A model generated the notes under the pieces. The model searched no databases. It saw nothing but the letters and a program-made list of their open reading frames with translations, and was not told where the DNA came from. DNA of 64,000 nt from Octopus sinensis (taxonomy: Eukaryota), in the NCBI RefSeq assembly GCF_006345805.1, contig NC_043006.1, forward strand, positions 25,544,001-25,608,000, in the 5' to 3' direction. Shown one piece after another: positions 1 to 12,611 of this stretch (positions within the stretch are counted from its first letter, which is position 1; every line of letters begins with the position of its first letter). A program made the translations under genes and the position numbers.

Positions 1-289
1 ACAACCATCATTTTATATTTAATCAATAAGAGCTAGTTATGTTCTGAGTTTTTGCGTATGTAAACAATAGATATGAGAAAAATATTTTATATATCATAAA
101 TTGAACAATTAATCAATTGCTGATCAATCTAGGACTAATTAAAGAAACACTTGTATATTGAAACTGAATGTGGACATAGATATTCATGGTGCAAGAAAAA
201 AAAATTAAGAGTTAATTTAAAATTTGTTTTTTCTTTTATTCTGTTTAAATCTAGAAATAAGTCATACATTATATTGTTTTATCATGCAG

Positions 290-351
290 AAGGGATTTTG
301 GAAAACTTTGCAACAGAAGGTTTAGATCGGAAGGATGTATTTTTTTATCAG
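290..351 (+). CDS. TUBG1: Gamma-tubulin, first exon visible in the window (E34-Q54)
   Basis: cag acceptor at 287-289 and gtaag donor at 352. Encodes (E)[20 protein letters not shown], matching gamma-tubulin [21 protein letters not shown]. Earlier exon(s) lie outside the window. Confidence 0.93.
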
Positions 352-885
352 GTAAGTTTGTGATTTTTTTTTTTAATTAAAAAGACTTCAAATTCAGATA
401 TTTTTTAAAATCAAGTAGAATAAATTGTTTGAGACACTTCATTCAAATTTGAAAATGTCCTGCAAATTATGTTGCTGGAACCCTACTGAAGATGTATTGG
501 TGTGAATATAAACTGGATCCATCTGTCACAAAGTGAAATTAATTTTTCAGTTTGATAGTTTAGACATTTTCTGTTTCTCAACATAAGCTTGTTTATATAA
601 AAATTTGTAGGGAAACCTCTTCAGATGCACTGTAAATTTTGCATTATGAATTAAACATTTTAAATAAGATTAGAGATATAATTCTGACATCATAACATAG
701 AAAGAACTTGGATGTCAGTTTTATCTTAGGAATGTATTATTTTCACTGGACAAAGATGGCTTGGTGGCAAATTGACTTCAATCGAGTGAACTAAATCATT
801 CAAATTGTAATTAGTTATGGATAAAATTTCTAAAGTTATTTGACTCTGATGGGTCACTATATTTCTGATATTCTTTTATTCATTG

Positions 886-1241
886 ACTTGTTTCAGTCAT
901 TTGATTGTGGGTGTGCTGGAGCACTGCTTTTAGTCGAAGAAATCGACCCTGGTACTTATTCTTTGTAAGCCTTGTACTTATTCTATCATTCTCTTTTGCT
1001 GAACCACTAAGTTTTGGGGACATAAACAGACCAACATCGGTTGTCAAGTGGATGGTATGTGTGGGGACAAACACACACACACAAATATATATATATATAT
1101 ATACAATGGGCTTCTTTCAGTTTCCCTCTACCAAATCCACTCACAAGGCTTTGGTCAGCCTGAGGCTGTAGTAGAAGACACTTGCCTAAGCTGCCATGTG
1201 GTTGGGAAGCAAGCTTTTTACCACATAGCCACGCCTATCCC
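886..1241 (-). mobile_element. tRNA-derived SINE, family A (head AGGCGCAGGAGTGGCTGTGTGG, tail GTAAAAGAGT)
   Basis: Reverse complement of the copies at 12191, 21170 and 40885; A-box TGGCTGTGTGG, B-box GGTTCAGTCCC and internal (TG/TA)n. Confidence 0.85.
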
Positions 1242-1344
1242 TATTGTGTATTTTTTTAAGATAATTATTGTGTTGCAATAATGTATTGAATGTAATAAAT
1301 TCTATCATTTTCAGCATTTATATTGTAATTCTTTCTCCTACTAG

Positions 1345-1512
1345 GCTGATGATGAACATTATATTCCCCGTGCTGTACTCCTTGATCTTGAACCAAGAGT
1401 TATTAACACTATCATGTCATCTCCTTATGCCAAACTATATAACCCTGAGAATGTTTTCCTTGGCAAGCAAGGAGGGGGTGCAGGAAATAACTGGGCTGTT
1501 GGTTTTTCACAG
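1345..1512 (+). CDS. TUBG1: Gamma-tubulin exon (168 nt)
   Basis: tag/GT boundaries; [56 protein letters not shown]. Confidence 0.98.
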
Positions 1513-1549
1513 GTATACATTTTATATTTCTGTTTACATAACTATTTAA

Positions 1550-1769
1550 CCCTTTAGTGTTTAAACCGGCCATATCTGGCCAAAATTGTCTTCCTGTTTT
1601 ATGCTCAAACCAGCCAGCTCTGACCTCTCAAACCTATCCTACAAAGTCATTCTAAAAATAAACAGGGACATCATCAAAATCTCAGAGTTACAAGATGCTG
1701 AACAATTAATTTAAAACAATGTAATTAAACAGGCTTTACATTTGACAGAGTAATCTGAATGCTAAAGGG
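1550..1769. mobile_element. piggyBac-type MITE
   Basis: TTAA|CCCTTTAG...CTAAAGGG|TTAA; a second copy in the opposite orientation lies at 20616-20836. Confidence 0.85.
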
Positions 1770-2011
1770 TTAAACTTTGAACTTTTTAGATTATTTATTT
1801 TTAAACTGCCAGGAAATTTTTTAGGAAAGTAAAGTTAGTATTACAGATAACCAGACTAAATGTTTACCTTATCTAGACCAGTACCTCGCATCTTGTTACA
1901 CTACAACAGCCATTTTTGCATTCCTTCAGTTTTCATTGACTTCATAGTTCCTTTTGGTCTCTAAAATCTGCCACTATTTAGCAATTTTTTATTTGATACT
2001 ACCATGCATTT

Positions 2012-3770
2012 TGTTGTGGAAGGATTCCAAACCACCCCCACCAAGTGACTAACGGTGAACTGACTCATTGTTATAAATTAAAGAACTATGAGCAGTTGGC
2101 AGTTCGTGTTGGTAGCAGTTCGCTGTGAACCTTTGATATAAAGCATTGAGTCTCGTGTAATAGTAATAGTAGTGCATCATGTATATACTTCCTTCCTGCT
2201 TCATTATATATCGAATACAAGGATATAAAAGTGGCAACGAGTTGTTCAAAGTTTGTGTTGGATGTTTAGGGTTTTTATTTTTGGTACAAACCAAAGAAAA
2301 AAATCAAACATGGAGAATTTATTGGCCTCCCTGGTGCAGTTGTAACAGCAACTACAAGTTTGAAAATAGTTTAGGTTCATACTTGCCAGACAGCATAACA
2401 AATTCAATTGAAGAATTCAGCTATAATCCAGAAGAAGGGATTACCTTCTCTGCATATTTTCGAAGATATGAAGAAATCTTCAAAGAAGAGTGTAAAAGTT
2501 GGTCCAATAAGAAAAAAGTGTACTATTTTAAAGAAAGTTATCCCCTGCTGAACATGAAAAAATATAGTAATTATATTCTGCTGGAGAAGCCAGGTGAGAT
2601 TTGTTTCAATGAAATAAATAAATATTTTATTGAAAATTTTCAATGAAAGAATTCCCTGTTCAATACTCACTGACAAGGTTTAAATTTGGCCAAAAAAGAT
2701 GATTTTGTCACCTATGCCAGAGTGGTTAACAGAAGGTGTGAGAAATTCAAATTGAACAAGTTAACTCAGGACATGTTCAAGTCTTTAATTTTTGTTCAAG
2801 TGCTTACTGCAAGCAAAGATGCTGATATATGTTCCCAGATATCAACAAAATTAGAACAGGACCAAAATTTAACTCTGCAGGCAGTAGTAGAAGAATGTCT
2901 GAAGATTATTAATCTATGACATGACAAATAAAATTGTGCTGACCAGTAATGGATAAGAAAATAGACAGAAAAATGTTATGGGTGTGGTGGTCTACATTTT
3001 AAAAATAACCATCCATTTAAAAATATAAAATGCTGAAAGTGTGGTAAAATAGGCCATAAAAAGTCACGTTGTAGGACAAAACCTAAAAAATGGTTCAGCA
3101 GAAAAAAAATCACATAAATGGATTATTGGTGACAAAAATACAAACAAGCCTTAAAAAAAATTTATGTGTGTAAAAATTAACACAAATGTAAAGTTACAAT
3201 TGGATACAGGCAGCGACATCTCGGTAATCCAGATATATGGAAAAAGATTGGGAGACCTAAATTAAATAAAACCTTTAAAATTGCCTGTGGTGTTTCAGGA
3301 AAAAAAATTATATTTTAAGGGCAAATTGATAAGTAACATTACATTTTGTGAAAAAACCTTAAAGGTTAAAGTTTTTGTGTTAAATAATACAACAAACTTG
3401 TTTGGTACTGACTGGATGGAATTGCTTAATTTATGGGACTTCCCCATAAATCTTTTCTGTAAAAGTATAAATGGTTTTACCTTCCTGTAAAAATAAGTTG
3501 TTGGACAAATTGAAAAAAAAGTTAAATATTTTTCCTGAATAAATTAGGTCTTTGTACCAAAATGAAGGCATAGTTTCAAAGAAAAGAGAACGCCATACCA
3601 GTATTTAAACAAAAATGAGTACCGTTCACAGCATTGGAACAGATAAACTTAGACTAGAAAAAATTGGAGTTATTCTAAAAGTGGAATATTCTACACCAAC
3701 TGTGTACATTAAGAAAAAGAATAATGAATAACTATATGAAATGATTTTGCTATGTATTTCTCTCATATGA
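2012..3770 (+). mobile_element. Decayed, 3'-truncated Ty3/Gypsy LTR retrotransposon (Mag-like gag)
   Basis: Putative 5' LTR TGTTG...ACA (2012-2219) and PBS-like TGGCAACGAG (2232). Gag NSIEEFSYNPEEGITFSAYFRRYEEIF and DDFVTYARVVNRRCEKF, CCHC remnants, protease LQLDTGSDISVI (~3195) and the start of RT. Many stops and frameshifts. Confidence 0.85.
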
Positions 3771-4031
3771 TATAATATGCTTTGCCTCAGAGACTTGGTA
3801 CACAAGTTGAAACCCAATTTGGGTTCAAGAGCAACCACTGTGTTTTATATCCCAGTGTGTCTTCACTCAATATTCAATACTTCTTATTAACCTATGACAA
3901 TTTGAACTAAACACAACACTGACTCACTTAGCTAGTATAGGAGTCCCTATGGTTATAGACACTCTTCCTGCTCAAGATCTAAAATAAATGATATGAAAGA
4001 GTACTTAAACTAATATTTGTGATGTTTTTAG

Positions 4032-4100
4032 GGTGAAAAGTTATATGAGGAAATATTTGATATCATTGATCGAGAAGCTGATGGAAGTGACAGTCTTGAG
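4032..4100 (+). CDS. TUBG1: Gamma-tubulin exon (69 nt)
   Basis: tag/gtaagt boundaries; GEKLYEEIFDIIDREADGSDSLE. Confidence 0.98.
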
Positions 4101-4309
4101 GTAAGTACTAATCTCTTGTTAATCAGCTCGCACATAAATGTTCAAGACATGTTGAAAGTAAATACAATTTTTTTATTCTTCAAATTAATGAAATTTTATT
4201 CAGTTGAATAATTTAGTATTTAACCCTTTTGTTACTATATTTATAACCAAAAATACTACTTTATGTGTTTCAATTAAATTCTAAAATAATTGTAAATTTA
4301 GACTATGGA

Positions 4310-4960
4310 CACATAAGAGGTGCAGCAGTATAAGAGAAAAGTTAACAGAGAAAGTAGTCTTTGTGTGTGAAAGATGTGTAGGTACAATAAACACTAAGAA
4401 TGTACAACTCCTTTTCTATATATCAAGCAAGGCCATCTCCCTGAAAGGTCTAGTGATTTTTCTGTTTTCCTGCTGCTTATTGGACTTTGGTCTTTGATAA
4501 ATTAATTCTAAGGTCCTTTGATTCCAGGCCTTGTTTCTACACCTGAAATTTCTTCTCTAGTGATTCTGCACTAAGAACATGATCATCAGCATAGAGGAGC
4601 TCCCAAGGCAGCCAGTCTTAATTCCTCTGTTATGGCCTGGAGGACTATGATAAATAAGAGGGGGCTGAGAACTGATCCTTGGTGAACTCCTACCTGTACA
4701 TTAAATTCCTTGCTATACTCATTCTTCAAGTTAGAAAGATTCCAAGAAGCAGACTAGTCTGGAAGTTTAAGGATCTTTTGACCAGTCAGAGATTTAGAGA
4801 CGTCATAACTGAAGCATTTAACATGAAAGAGGATCTATAGACATGTAATATAGAAGACAGCTGGAAGTTCCTATAGGACAACTTACTGAGTGCCACAGAC
4901 CAACAGATATAGGGTGATGTGGTGGTGGAATAGTGTAGTAGATAGAGTTTTTAGAGTGAC
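4310..4960. mobile_element. Rearranged RTE LINE fragments
   Basis: Three pieces homologous to the RTE at 52.3-54.7 kb, in +, - and + orientation. Confidence 0.7.
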
Positions 4961-5598
4961 AGGATTGAAAGAATGATGGTAGCAGACAACTGTATCAGGC
5001 AGCTAGAAGGGAAGCTTGGAGACAGTTATACTTAGCTTAGGAAGAAGCAGAAAGGTTATGCCCTGCTACTCCTCACACACAATTCCATCTTCTGGCAAAA
5101 TTCCCCAACTCTCCACCCACTGCCCTTTTACTTACCATCACATGCTTATCCACACACCTTCCATGTCTCTGCTCATCCACCATATCCACCTGCCAGCTAC
5201 TCCAATTCCACTCACCATCACTTGCTATCTCTAATTATCTCCCCTCACACTTTTAAAGAACATCTCTATTCCCTCAGTACTACCTTTACTGTGTCCCCAC
5301 CCCATTGTTCCCTGTAGGTAGGCCCTCTTTCTCTCACTCTGACTTGTCTATCTTTCTAACTCTCCCACCTGCCTCCCTTATCCTACTGAGGTAACCAAGT
5401 GTCTTCTCTGTAGTAAGACAGCTATCCCTGTCCCTCTATCTTAGCTCCAATCTTTCGCCTGACATGGCTACTTCTCTTGGTTCCTCTCCCTCTTTTAGCT
5501 GAGAAGTCCTTGTCATGCATACATGCTGGCACCATGTAAAAAGCACTTGTTCTGGCACCACATAAAAAGCACCCAGTACACTTTGTAAAGTGGTTGGT

Positions 5599-5980
5599 GT
5601 GGCTGTGTGGTAAGTAGCTTGTTTACCAACCACATGGTTCTGGGTTCAGTCCCACTGCATGGCACCTTGGGCAAGTGTCTTCTACTATAGCCTCAGCCCG
5701 ACCAAAGCCTTGTGAGTGGATTTGGTAGACGGAAACTGAAAGAAGCCTGTCGTATATATGTATATATATATGTGTTTGTGTGTCTGTGTGTCCCCCTAGC
5801 ATTGCTTGACAACCGATGCTGGTGTGTTTATGTCCCCGTTACTTAGCGGTTCGGCAAAAGAGACCGATAGAATAAGTACTGGGCTTAGAAAAGAATAAGT
5901 CCCGGGGTCGAGTTGCTCGATTAAAGGCAGTGCTCCAGCATGGCTGCAGTCAAATGACTGAAATGAGAAAAAGAGAGTAA
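5599..5980 (+). mobile_element. SINE family A nested in an RTE 3'-UTR fragment (5520-6058)
   Basis: RTE-tail motif GTGGTTGG is split from AGGAAGGGC by the SINE. Confidence 0.8.
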
Positions 5981-6236
5981 GGAAGGGCCAAAACAGATGA
6001 CTGCTGCCTGGTGCAGCCCTCTTGCTTATCAGCATGGAAAATGGATGTTAAGTGATGATCTGTCTAATATAACCCAATTTCAGTGAGTCGTGTGTATGTA
6101 AATTGACTCAGCCAAGAAAGTTTATTGATTTCATTATTTTGCTCAGGTTTTTCTCTCTGATCTGACTACCTCTGCCATGGTCTTTACTGCCTTGAGACAT
6201 GCAGTCTCTGCACAGCCTCCACCTGAACATAGGATA

Positions 6237-7108
6237 CAGGGTGTTCAGGCTAATTTGATGATTTTCTATGACTTTTTTTTTTTCAGGTACAGCTTGATGA
6301 ATTAGTGATTAGTTAACAGTATTGGAGAGCATAAAGATTAAAGTTGTAGATGAGAAAAAGTTAGCTGACATGGAGGACCGGAAGCTATCTAAATATTTGA
6401 AAAGAGTTACCCGCATTATGATGATTTGTGCTGGGTGTCAAAATGCTGATATCGTGACTGCTGCTTAATGCTGTGTAGAGGCTGTAAGAAATGACATAGA
6501 CAGCTGCAACAGAGACTACAAAGCCATGGCCAGGAGGTGTTCTGTCTGTCCACACACTGGCATTCATTCCTATATCTTTGAACAGCTTCACAAACCCATC
6601 TGAATTGAACCTTAGGCACAATTAAGACAGCTATATAAAGCTGCTGGAGACTGGTCAATCCTTGGCTGGAGAGGGTTGCTAATGGAAGGTCATATGTGTG
6701 ACAGCAGGATTTGGCTCCTTGCTTGGTAAAAGTCAAAAGTGGTTGTTGAAGAATTTCTCTGACTTCACCAGCCCCAATTTCTGGCCTTCTAATTCTCATT
6801 GTAATACCATGGATTACTGTGTGTGGGCCATAGTTGAGAAGGAAACCAACTGCTCTACCTGCAATACCAAGGTCAAAGAGGTGTTCAAAGCTCTTCCCAG
6901 GGTTATAGTGAGGAACACATGCACCAGGTTCCAAAGCCATCTGGAGGCTGTGGTGGAAACTGAGTGTGGATACTTTGGGTAAACTGTTATTTTCCAGCCA
7001 TAATCTAATTGGTATTTTTCGATTAAAATTAAAAACAACTTATTTTTGGATGAGATATTCTTTCCTTTTCCTTTTATACATGTTATTAGATTTAGCCTGA
7101 ACACCTTG
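6237..7108 (+). mobile_element. Tc1/mariner (maT/DD37D-like) defective transposon
   Basis: TIRs CAGGGTGTTCAGGCTAA and TTAGCCTGAACACCTTG; transposase C-terminus KNFSDFTSPNFWPSNSHCNTMDYCVWAIVEKETN. Confidence 0.85.
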
Positions 7109-7197
7109 TCTTCATCCAAAATTTTTAAAATGTTAAAAGATAATTGACTTGTCTCTGGCTTCTTTGTGTTCAGAAATGTTTTTTTTATTTGTTTCAG

Positions 7198-7277
7198 GGG
7201 TTTGTTCTTTGTCATTCAATAGCAGGTGGAACTGGATCAGGTTTAGGATCATATATGTTGGAAAAGTTAAATGACAG
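7198..7277 (+). CDS. TUBG1: Gamma-tubulin exon (80 nt), containing the GGGTGSG-type tubulin signature loop
   Basis: cag/gtaatt boundaries; [26 protein letters not shown](R). Confidence 0.98.
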
Positions 7278-8342
7278 GTAATTGGAAACGTGCATTTTTT
7301 TTTTTTACTGTGAAATGTATAATAATGAAGTTGAGAGCTAAAATTAATCCACTATCAGTTCCTCAGTCCTTATTTCATACATGTGCAATGGAAAAGCTTA
7401 TTTGCTTGATTTTCTTGTAACGAAAATTATTTGCTATTGATGCATTGACTTGAAGAAGAGAGAAAATGCAAGCTGTGATATTTCTATAAAGTGATACCAG
7501 AACCAAGAACTTGGTCTACTGGAAATTACTCTGCATTTATTGTATTTGGTACACAGTTTACTGTACAGTTGTCATGGTTTTTTACCAGCAGCCTGAAATC
7601 TAACATCATCATATTTGCTACTTCCTTCTCAGTCATCTAATTCCATGTTCACTCTGCACCAACACCTCATCTTCAATTAACTTTGCATATCTATATCAAG
7701 ACAGTTACCTTCTATTGATAATTTGATGGATGACTTGCTCAGCCATTCATATAAGGAAACATTACATATATAGATCATGCTTATCCTACTTTTCCTCTTT
7801 TCTGAAGAATTTTCAAATTCAGTGCCTATACTTCCTTACCATGCTTTCTTTCCTTTTAAAAACTTCTTACAGTCTGCCATTTGCACAAAGAGAGAAATTT
7901 TCATTGCTAACACACAAAACAGCTCCCTGAATTTTTTCATACTTCCATATTGTAGAAACTGTGATTTAATTTAGTCACCTCCTGCGCCTATGGCATCATC
8001 TAAATAAAAGAAAATAGCTACATCTGAGAAATTCATAGATTTCATAATTTTGACCAATTCTGCTAGGAGAACCAGGCCATCAGCATTCTGCAAGCATGTT
8101 TTCCATTAGCACACTAAACCTACTCTAAACACGTACCAAACACACAACTTCTACATTTAAGTAACCAGTATACTTAGATATCCTAATTATACACAGTAAC
8201 ACACATGCTATACATAAACATAGAAATAATTTTGGCATAACATAATAGGCCTGTGAATTGCTTTCTTTTCTGTTTCATGGAAAGATTGTGTGTGTTTACA
8301 TGAATACATGCAAAATATGTTAAACTTCCCAAGTACATAGAT

Positions 8343-8715
8343 TTTTACCTCCACCAAGGAAGGGGGTTGTTTTCATCGGCATTGGTTTGTTCTTCTGTCC
8401 ATCTGTGTGCAAAATAACTCAAAAAGTTGTGAATGGTATTTGATGAAACTTGCAGGAAAAGTTGGTAATGACACAAGGAACAGATGATGAAATTTTGGGA
8501 GTGATCCGGGAATTTTATGGATTCTTGAAGGATTTTTCATTTATCTTTACTTTACATGAAGTATTACAATGATTATCTCCCTTGAGAATACGTTCATTGT
8601 TTCCACGTAACTTATGGTGGCGTTGCTGTTTCCAAAGTTTATTTTCGTTTCTCTATTAGTAATTTTACTCATGTATCTATGTTACTATGAGCTGCTTGGC
8701 CAAGGTCTGTGGAGG
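8343..8715 (+). mobile_element. Helentron/HINE-like non-autonomous element
   Basis: TTTTTACCTCCACCAAGG start, degenerate subterminal inverted copy CTTGGCCAAGGT, and internal AAAATAACTCAAAAAGTT...GATGAAACTT motif typical of such elements. Confidence 0.55.
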
Positions 8716-9195
8716 ATGACATGACAAGCCTTGACTATTGGGATCAACTCAAAAAGCTCAGGCTTTGCTCCCTCCACCGCCGCTGTGAGCTCTATATCAT
8801 CTGTATGATGTGGAAAATATTCCATCAACATTGCCCATCTTTAAGATTTGTCCGAGGCTTGGCCCCCATGCCCTCTGTCCACTACAGAAATGTTTGTGTC
8901 GTATCACAACACTATGACAGAACTATTTCACCTCAATTGGCCCTGCTCTCTTCAACATCATGCCAGACACACAGAAGGGAGGAAAGTGACGTCACGGCAT
9001 TCAAACGATCCCTAGATGATTACCCCCAACAAATACCAGATAAACCACCCAGATATGTCTCTGAAAACAATAATCCTCTGCTTGAATGGGCTACGGTTCC
9101 CCAGAGCTGACTGCATATCTCTTTCAGGTGGTGCTATGAAATTAGATATGGCCTGATTCAACTTTGGCTGAAACTTATCTAAGTAATCTAATCTA
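8716..9195 (+). mobile_element. CR1/L2-group LINE 3' end
   Basis: LDYWDQLKKLRLCSLHRRCELYIICMMWKI; short AATCT-repeat tail. Confidence 0.75.
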
Positions 9196-9703
9196 TGCTG
9201 TAACCTTTTAATCAAAGCATGACAACGTGAGTAGAGGCTGATATCTTAACATTTCTAATGGTCTTAAGTATAAAAAGAAAATATTTAAGATTTATATAGA
9301 ACTACATTCAGAGTATGTCTATAAGCTATTGTGTTTAGATCTGGTTTCTATCCTCAAACTGTTCTGTTTTATAGATGCAATTTTTTTTTTTAATAAAGCA
9401 CTCAGAAATTAGAAACATGAAAAACCTGCAACAATCTCAGTCCCATGAGTATCAGATAATGGATTTTCAACTGTTTAAAGAAACTGATTGTGGTGATTGT
9501 AGATACAGTGTTGATGACAATGCTCGAGATAAATATGGGAGGAAGATAAATTAGTATCGGTGGTTATAATGGCGACAGGAGCGGTGTATTATAACTGCTT
9601 CAGATGATTCCTGTTTTTAAAAGGTTTTTTTTTACCTCTCCTAAGAAGGTTATGTTTTTGTTGATGTTGGTTTGGGAAATTGAGCAATTTTCAGCATGAC
9701 TTG

Positions 9704-10016
9704 ACTTGACAGCCTTCACCCGGGGTGGGTTGAGCTGGCTTCATTCATCCTCAATGCTGCATCTCTCACAAACGCCAACCAGGCCTGGCAATTTGAGGCT
9801 GACGACCGCGTGATCTCCAACCACTCATTATTCCAGCAGCGAACGCCGTAGATATGGGGGCCTAGGTTGGGTTCCAGATCAGCCTTGACTGTTTTTCGTT
9901 GTCCACCACATCGCTTTCGCCAACCCTGAAGGGGAGCTGGAGCAATTGCTTCGTAGATGAATTCTCCTGGTTGACGACAGAGGGCATGACCCAACCAACG
10001 CAGATGTCTTGTTAGG
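9704..10016 (-). mobile_element. 5'-truncated RTE LINE with (TCAAG)n tail
   Basis: GWRKRCGGQRKTVKADLEPNLGPHIYGVRCWNNEWLE...AWLAFVRDA; ATGACTTG on both sides (9696-9703, 10017-10024). Confidence 0.8.
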
Positions 10017-10161
10017 ATGACTTGCCTTTATGTTTATTTACCGATAAAGGCACTTGCCTGAAATAGCAGCCTCAAAAAGGTTATGACAAATGTAATAGTG
10101 AAATGATATTTTAAAGAAATATTAAGGTGTGTATGTGTATGTGTATGTATGTACATAACTA

Positions 10162-10205
<44 letters not shown>

Positions 10206-11251
10206 CATACCTATATATGTATGTATATACATGTACATATATATATATATGTATACGGCATGCATGTATATGGGTGGAAGTGAGCTGCTTGGCAGAGGTC
10301 TGAGCTCTCCGGGTGCTTTTGTAGTTGAGCTTTGGTTTGGCTATAAAGTCTGTAATACAAAGAGATGCAGGATATGACTCAATTGTACTCTTAGTCGAAC
10401 AGTAAATATTGTTATTCTTAAATATGCTTTCTGAATTTCTTAAGTTTTCTATATGTCTCACAATCCATTAAGCTCTTGCAACCTTGCAAGATAATGGTAG
10501 TAAAACAGTGATTCATTATTGTCTCCGGTAGCTGTCACAGTACAAATATGGCTTCCATGATACCATATTCCCTCAACCAAGGTTGTTATTGTTTCAGGCA
10601 AGTGCCTTTATGTTTATTTACCCATAAAGGCACTTGCCTGAAATAGCAGCCTCAAAAAGGTTACGACAAATGTAATAGTTGAATGATATTTTAAAGAAAT
10701 ATTAAGGTGTGTATGAGTGTATGTGTATGTATGTATATAACTATATATGTGTGTGTATATATATATACACAGCTATATATGTATAGACATAAATGTATAT
10801 ATGCATATATATATGTATAGACATAAATGTACATATACATATATATGTATATGTATATAGATATATATATATATATAAATACATATGTATATATATGCAT
10901 ATATACATACCTATATGTACATACTTACATCTATACCACAGTTCTATATTTAAGAGATGAGGAATTATGTACATTATTTACAATTGATAGATATTTGTCC
11001 TCATCTTGTTAACACAATGTATATATGTGTGTGTATATGTTTGTGTGTCTGTGTTGGTCCCCATGACATTGCTTGATAACCAATGGTGGTGTGTTTACGT
11101 CCCCATAACTTAGCGGTTTGGCAAAGGAGACCGATAAAATAAGTACTAGGCTTCCAAAGAATAAGTCCTGGGGGCGATTTGCTTAACTAAATGCAATGCT
11201 CCAGCATGGCTGCAAGTCAAATGACTGAAACAAGTAAAAGAGTATATGTAT

Positions 11252-11282
<31 letters not shown>

Positions 11283-11283
11283 C

Positions 11284-11820
11284 TCACCATCATCATCATC
11301 ATTTAATGTTCTCTTTCCATGCTAACATGGGTTGGCCGATTTGACTGAGGACTGGCGAGCCAGATGGCTGCATCAGGCTCCAATCTTGATCTGGCAGAGT
11401 TTCAACAGCTGGGTGCCCTTCCTACTGTCAACCACCCCGAGAGTGTAGTAGGTGCTTTTATGTGCCACCGATATGAGGGCCAGTCAGGCGGTACTGGTAA
11501 CGGCCACGCCCAAATGGTTGTTTTTATGTGCCACCTGCACAGGAGCCAGTCCAGCGGCACTGGCAACAACCTCGTTTGAATGTTTTTTCATGTGCCAGTA
11601 AGGTGACGCTGGTAACGACCATGCTTGAATGGTGCTTTTTGTGTGCCACCAGCACAGAAGCCAGTTAGCTGCTCTGGCAACGATCACACTCAGATGGTGC
11701 TCTTAGCGCTCCACTAGCATGGAGGCCAATCATCGAATTTGATTTCGATTTCACTTGCCTCAACAGGTCTTCGCAAGCAGAGTTTAGTTTCCAACGAAGG
11801 AAAGGTTCGCATCAGTGAGC
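11284..11820 (-). mobile_element. RTE 3'-UTR retrocopy with (GAT)n tail (family also at 18712, 21995, 24080, 35825, 40360, 50843, 55456, 56030, 61335, 63880)
   Basis: Shared motifs GTAAAAAGCACC, GGCGTTAGGAAGGGCATCCAGCTGTAGAAAC and GGACGTTAAACGATGATGATG. Confidence 0.85.
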
Positions 11821-11982
11821 TGGTATATATATATGTTTGTGTGTATAGATATATGCCAGTCTGGGTGTGTCACGAAAATCTACACCTGTGATTACTCAGG
11901 AGTAAAATGTAATCTTGTATTTTTATGTCTTGATTGATATCTTGTTAGCTTGATATGATTAAAAGTATTGATTTATTTGCAG

Positions 11983-12109
11983 GTTTCCCAAAAAGCTTAT
12001 TCAGACATATTCAGTATTTCCAAATCTGGATGAAATATCAGATGTTGTTGTCCAACCATATAATTCTCTATTAACATTGAAGAGACTTACATTGAATGCA
12101 GACTGTGTG
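11983..12109 (+). CDS. TUBG1: Gamma-tubulin exon (127 nt)
   Basis: cag/gtaagc boundaries; [42 protein letters not shown]. Confidence 0.98.
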
Positions 12110-12190
12110 GTAAGCTCTTTAATGTTTTTACAATGTTAAGCTTTCAATGTTCTGTTTAGCTCAATGGGTTTTAATTAGAATCTGAAAATT

Positions 12191-12600
12191 AGGCGCAGGA
12201 GCGGCTGCGTGGTAAGTAGCTTGTTTACCAACCACATGGTTCCAGGTTCAATCCCACTGCATGGCACCATAGGCAAGTGTCTTCTACTGTAACCTCGGGC
12301 CGACCAAAGCCTTCTGAGTGGATTTGGTAGACGGAAACTGAAAGAAGCCTGTCGTATATATGTATATGTGTCGTATATGTGCATGTGTGTGTCTGTGTTT
12401 GTCCCCCTAGCATTGCATGACAACCGATGCTGGTGTGTTTATGTCCCCGTTACCTAGCGGTTCGGCAAAAGAGACCGATAGAATAAGTACTGGGCTTACA
12501 AAAGCATAAGTCCCGGGGTCGAGTTGCTCGATTAAAGGCGGTGCTCCAGCATGGCCGCAGTCAAATGACTGAAGCAAGTAAAAGAGAAAAGAGAGTAAGT
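12191..12600 (+). mobile_element. tRNA-derived SINE family A, full length
   Basis: AGGCGCAGG head, A/B boxes and (AAGAGT)-type tail. Confidence 0.9.
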
Positions 12601-12611
12601 AAAGAAATTGT

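Noticed and set aside
5016-5480. Pyrimidine-rich ORF (METVILSL...) as a gene or Penelope tail
   Set aside because: Low-complexity sequence with no recognisable motif or hammerhead core.
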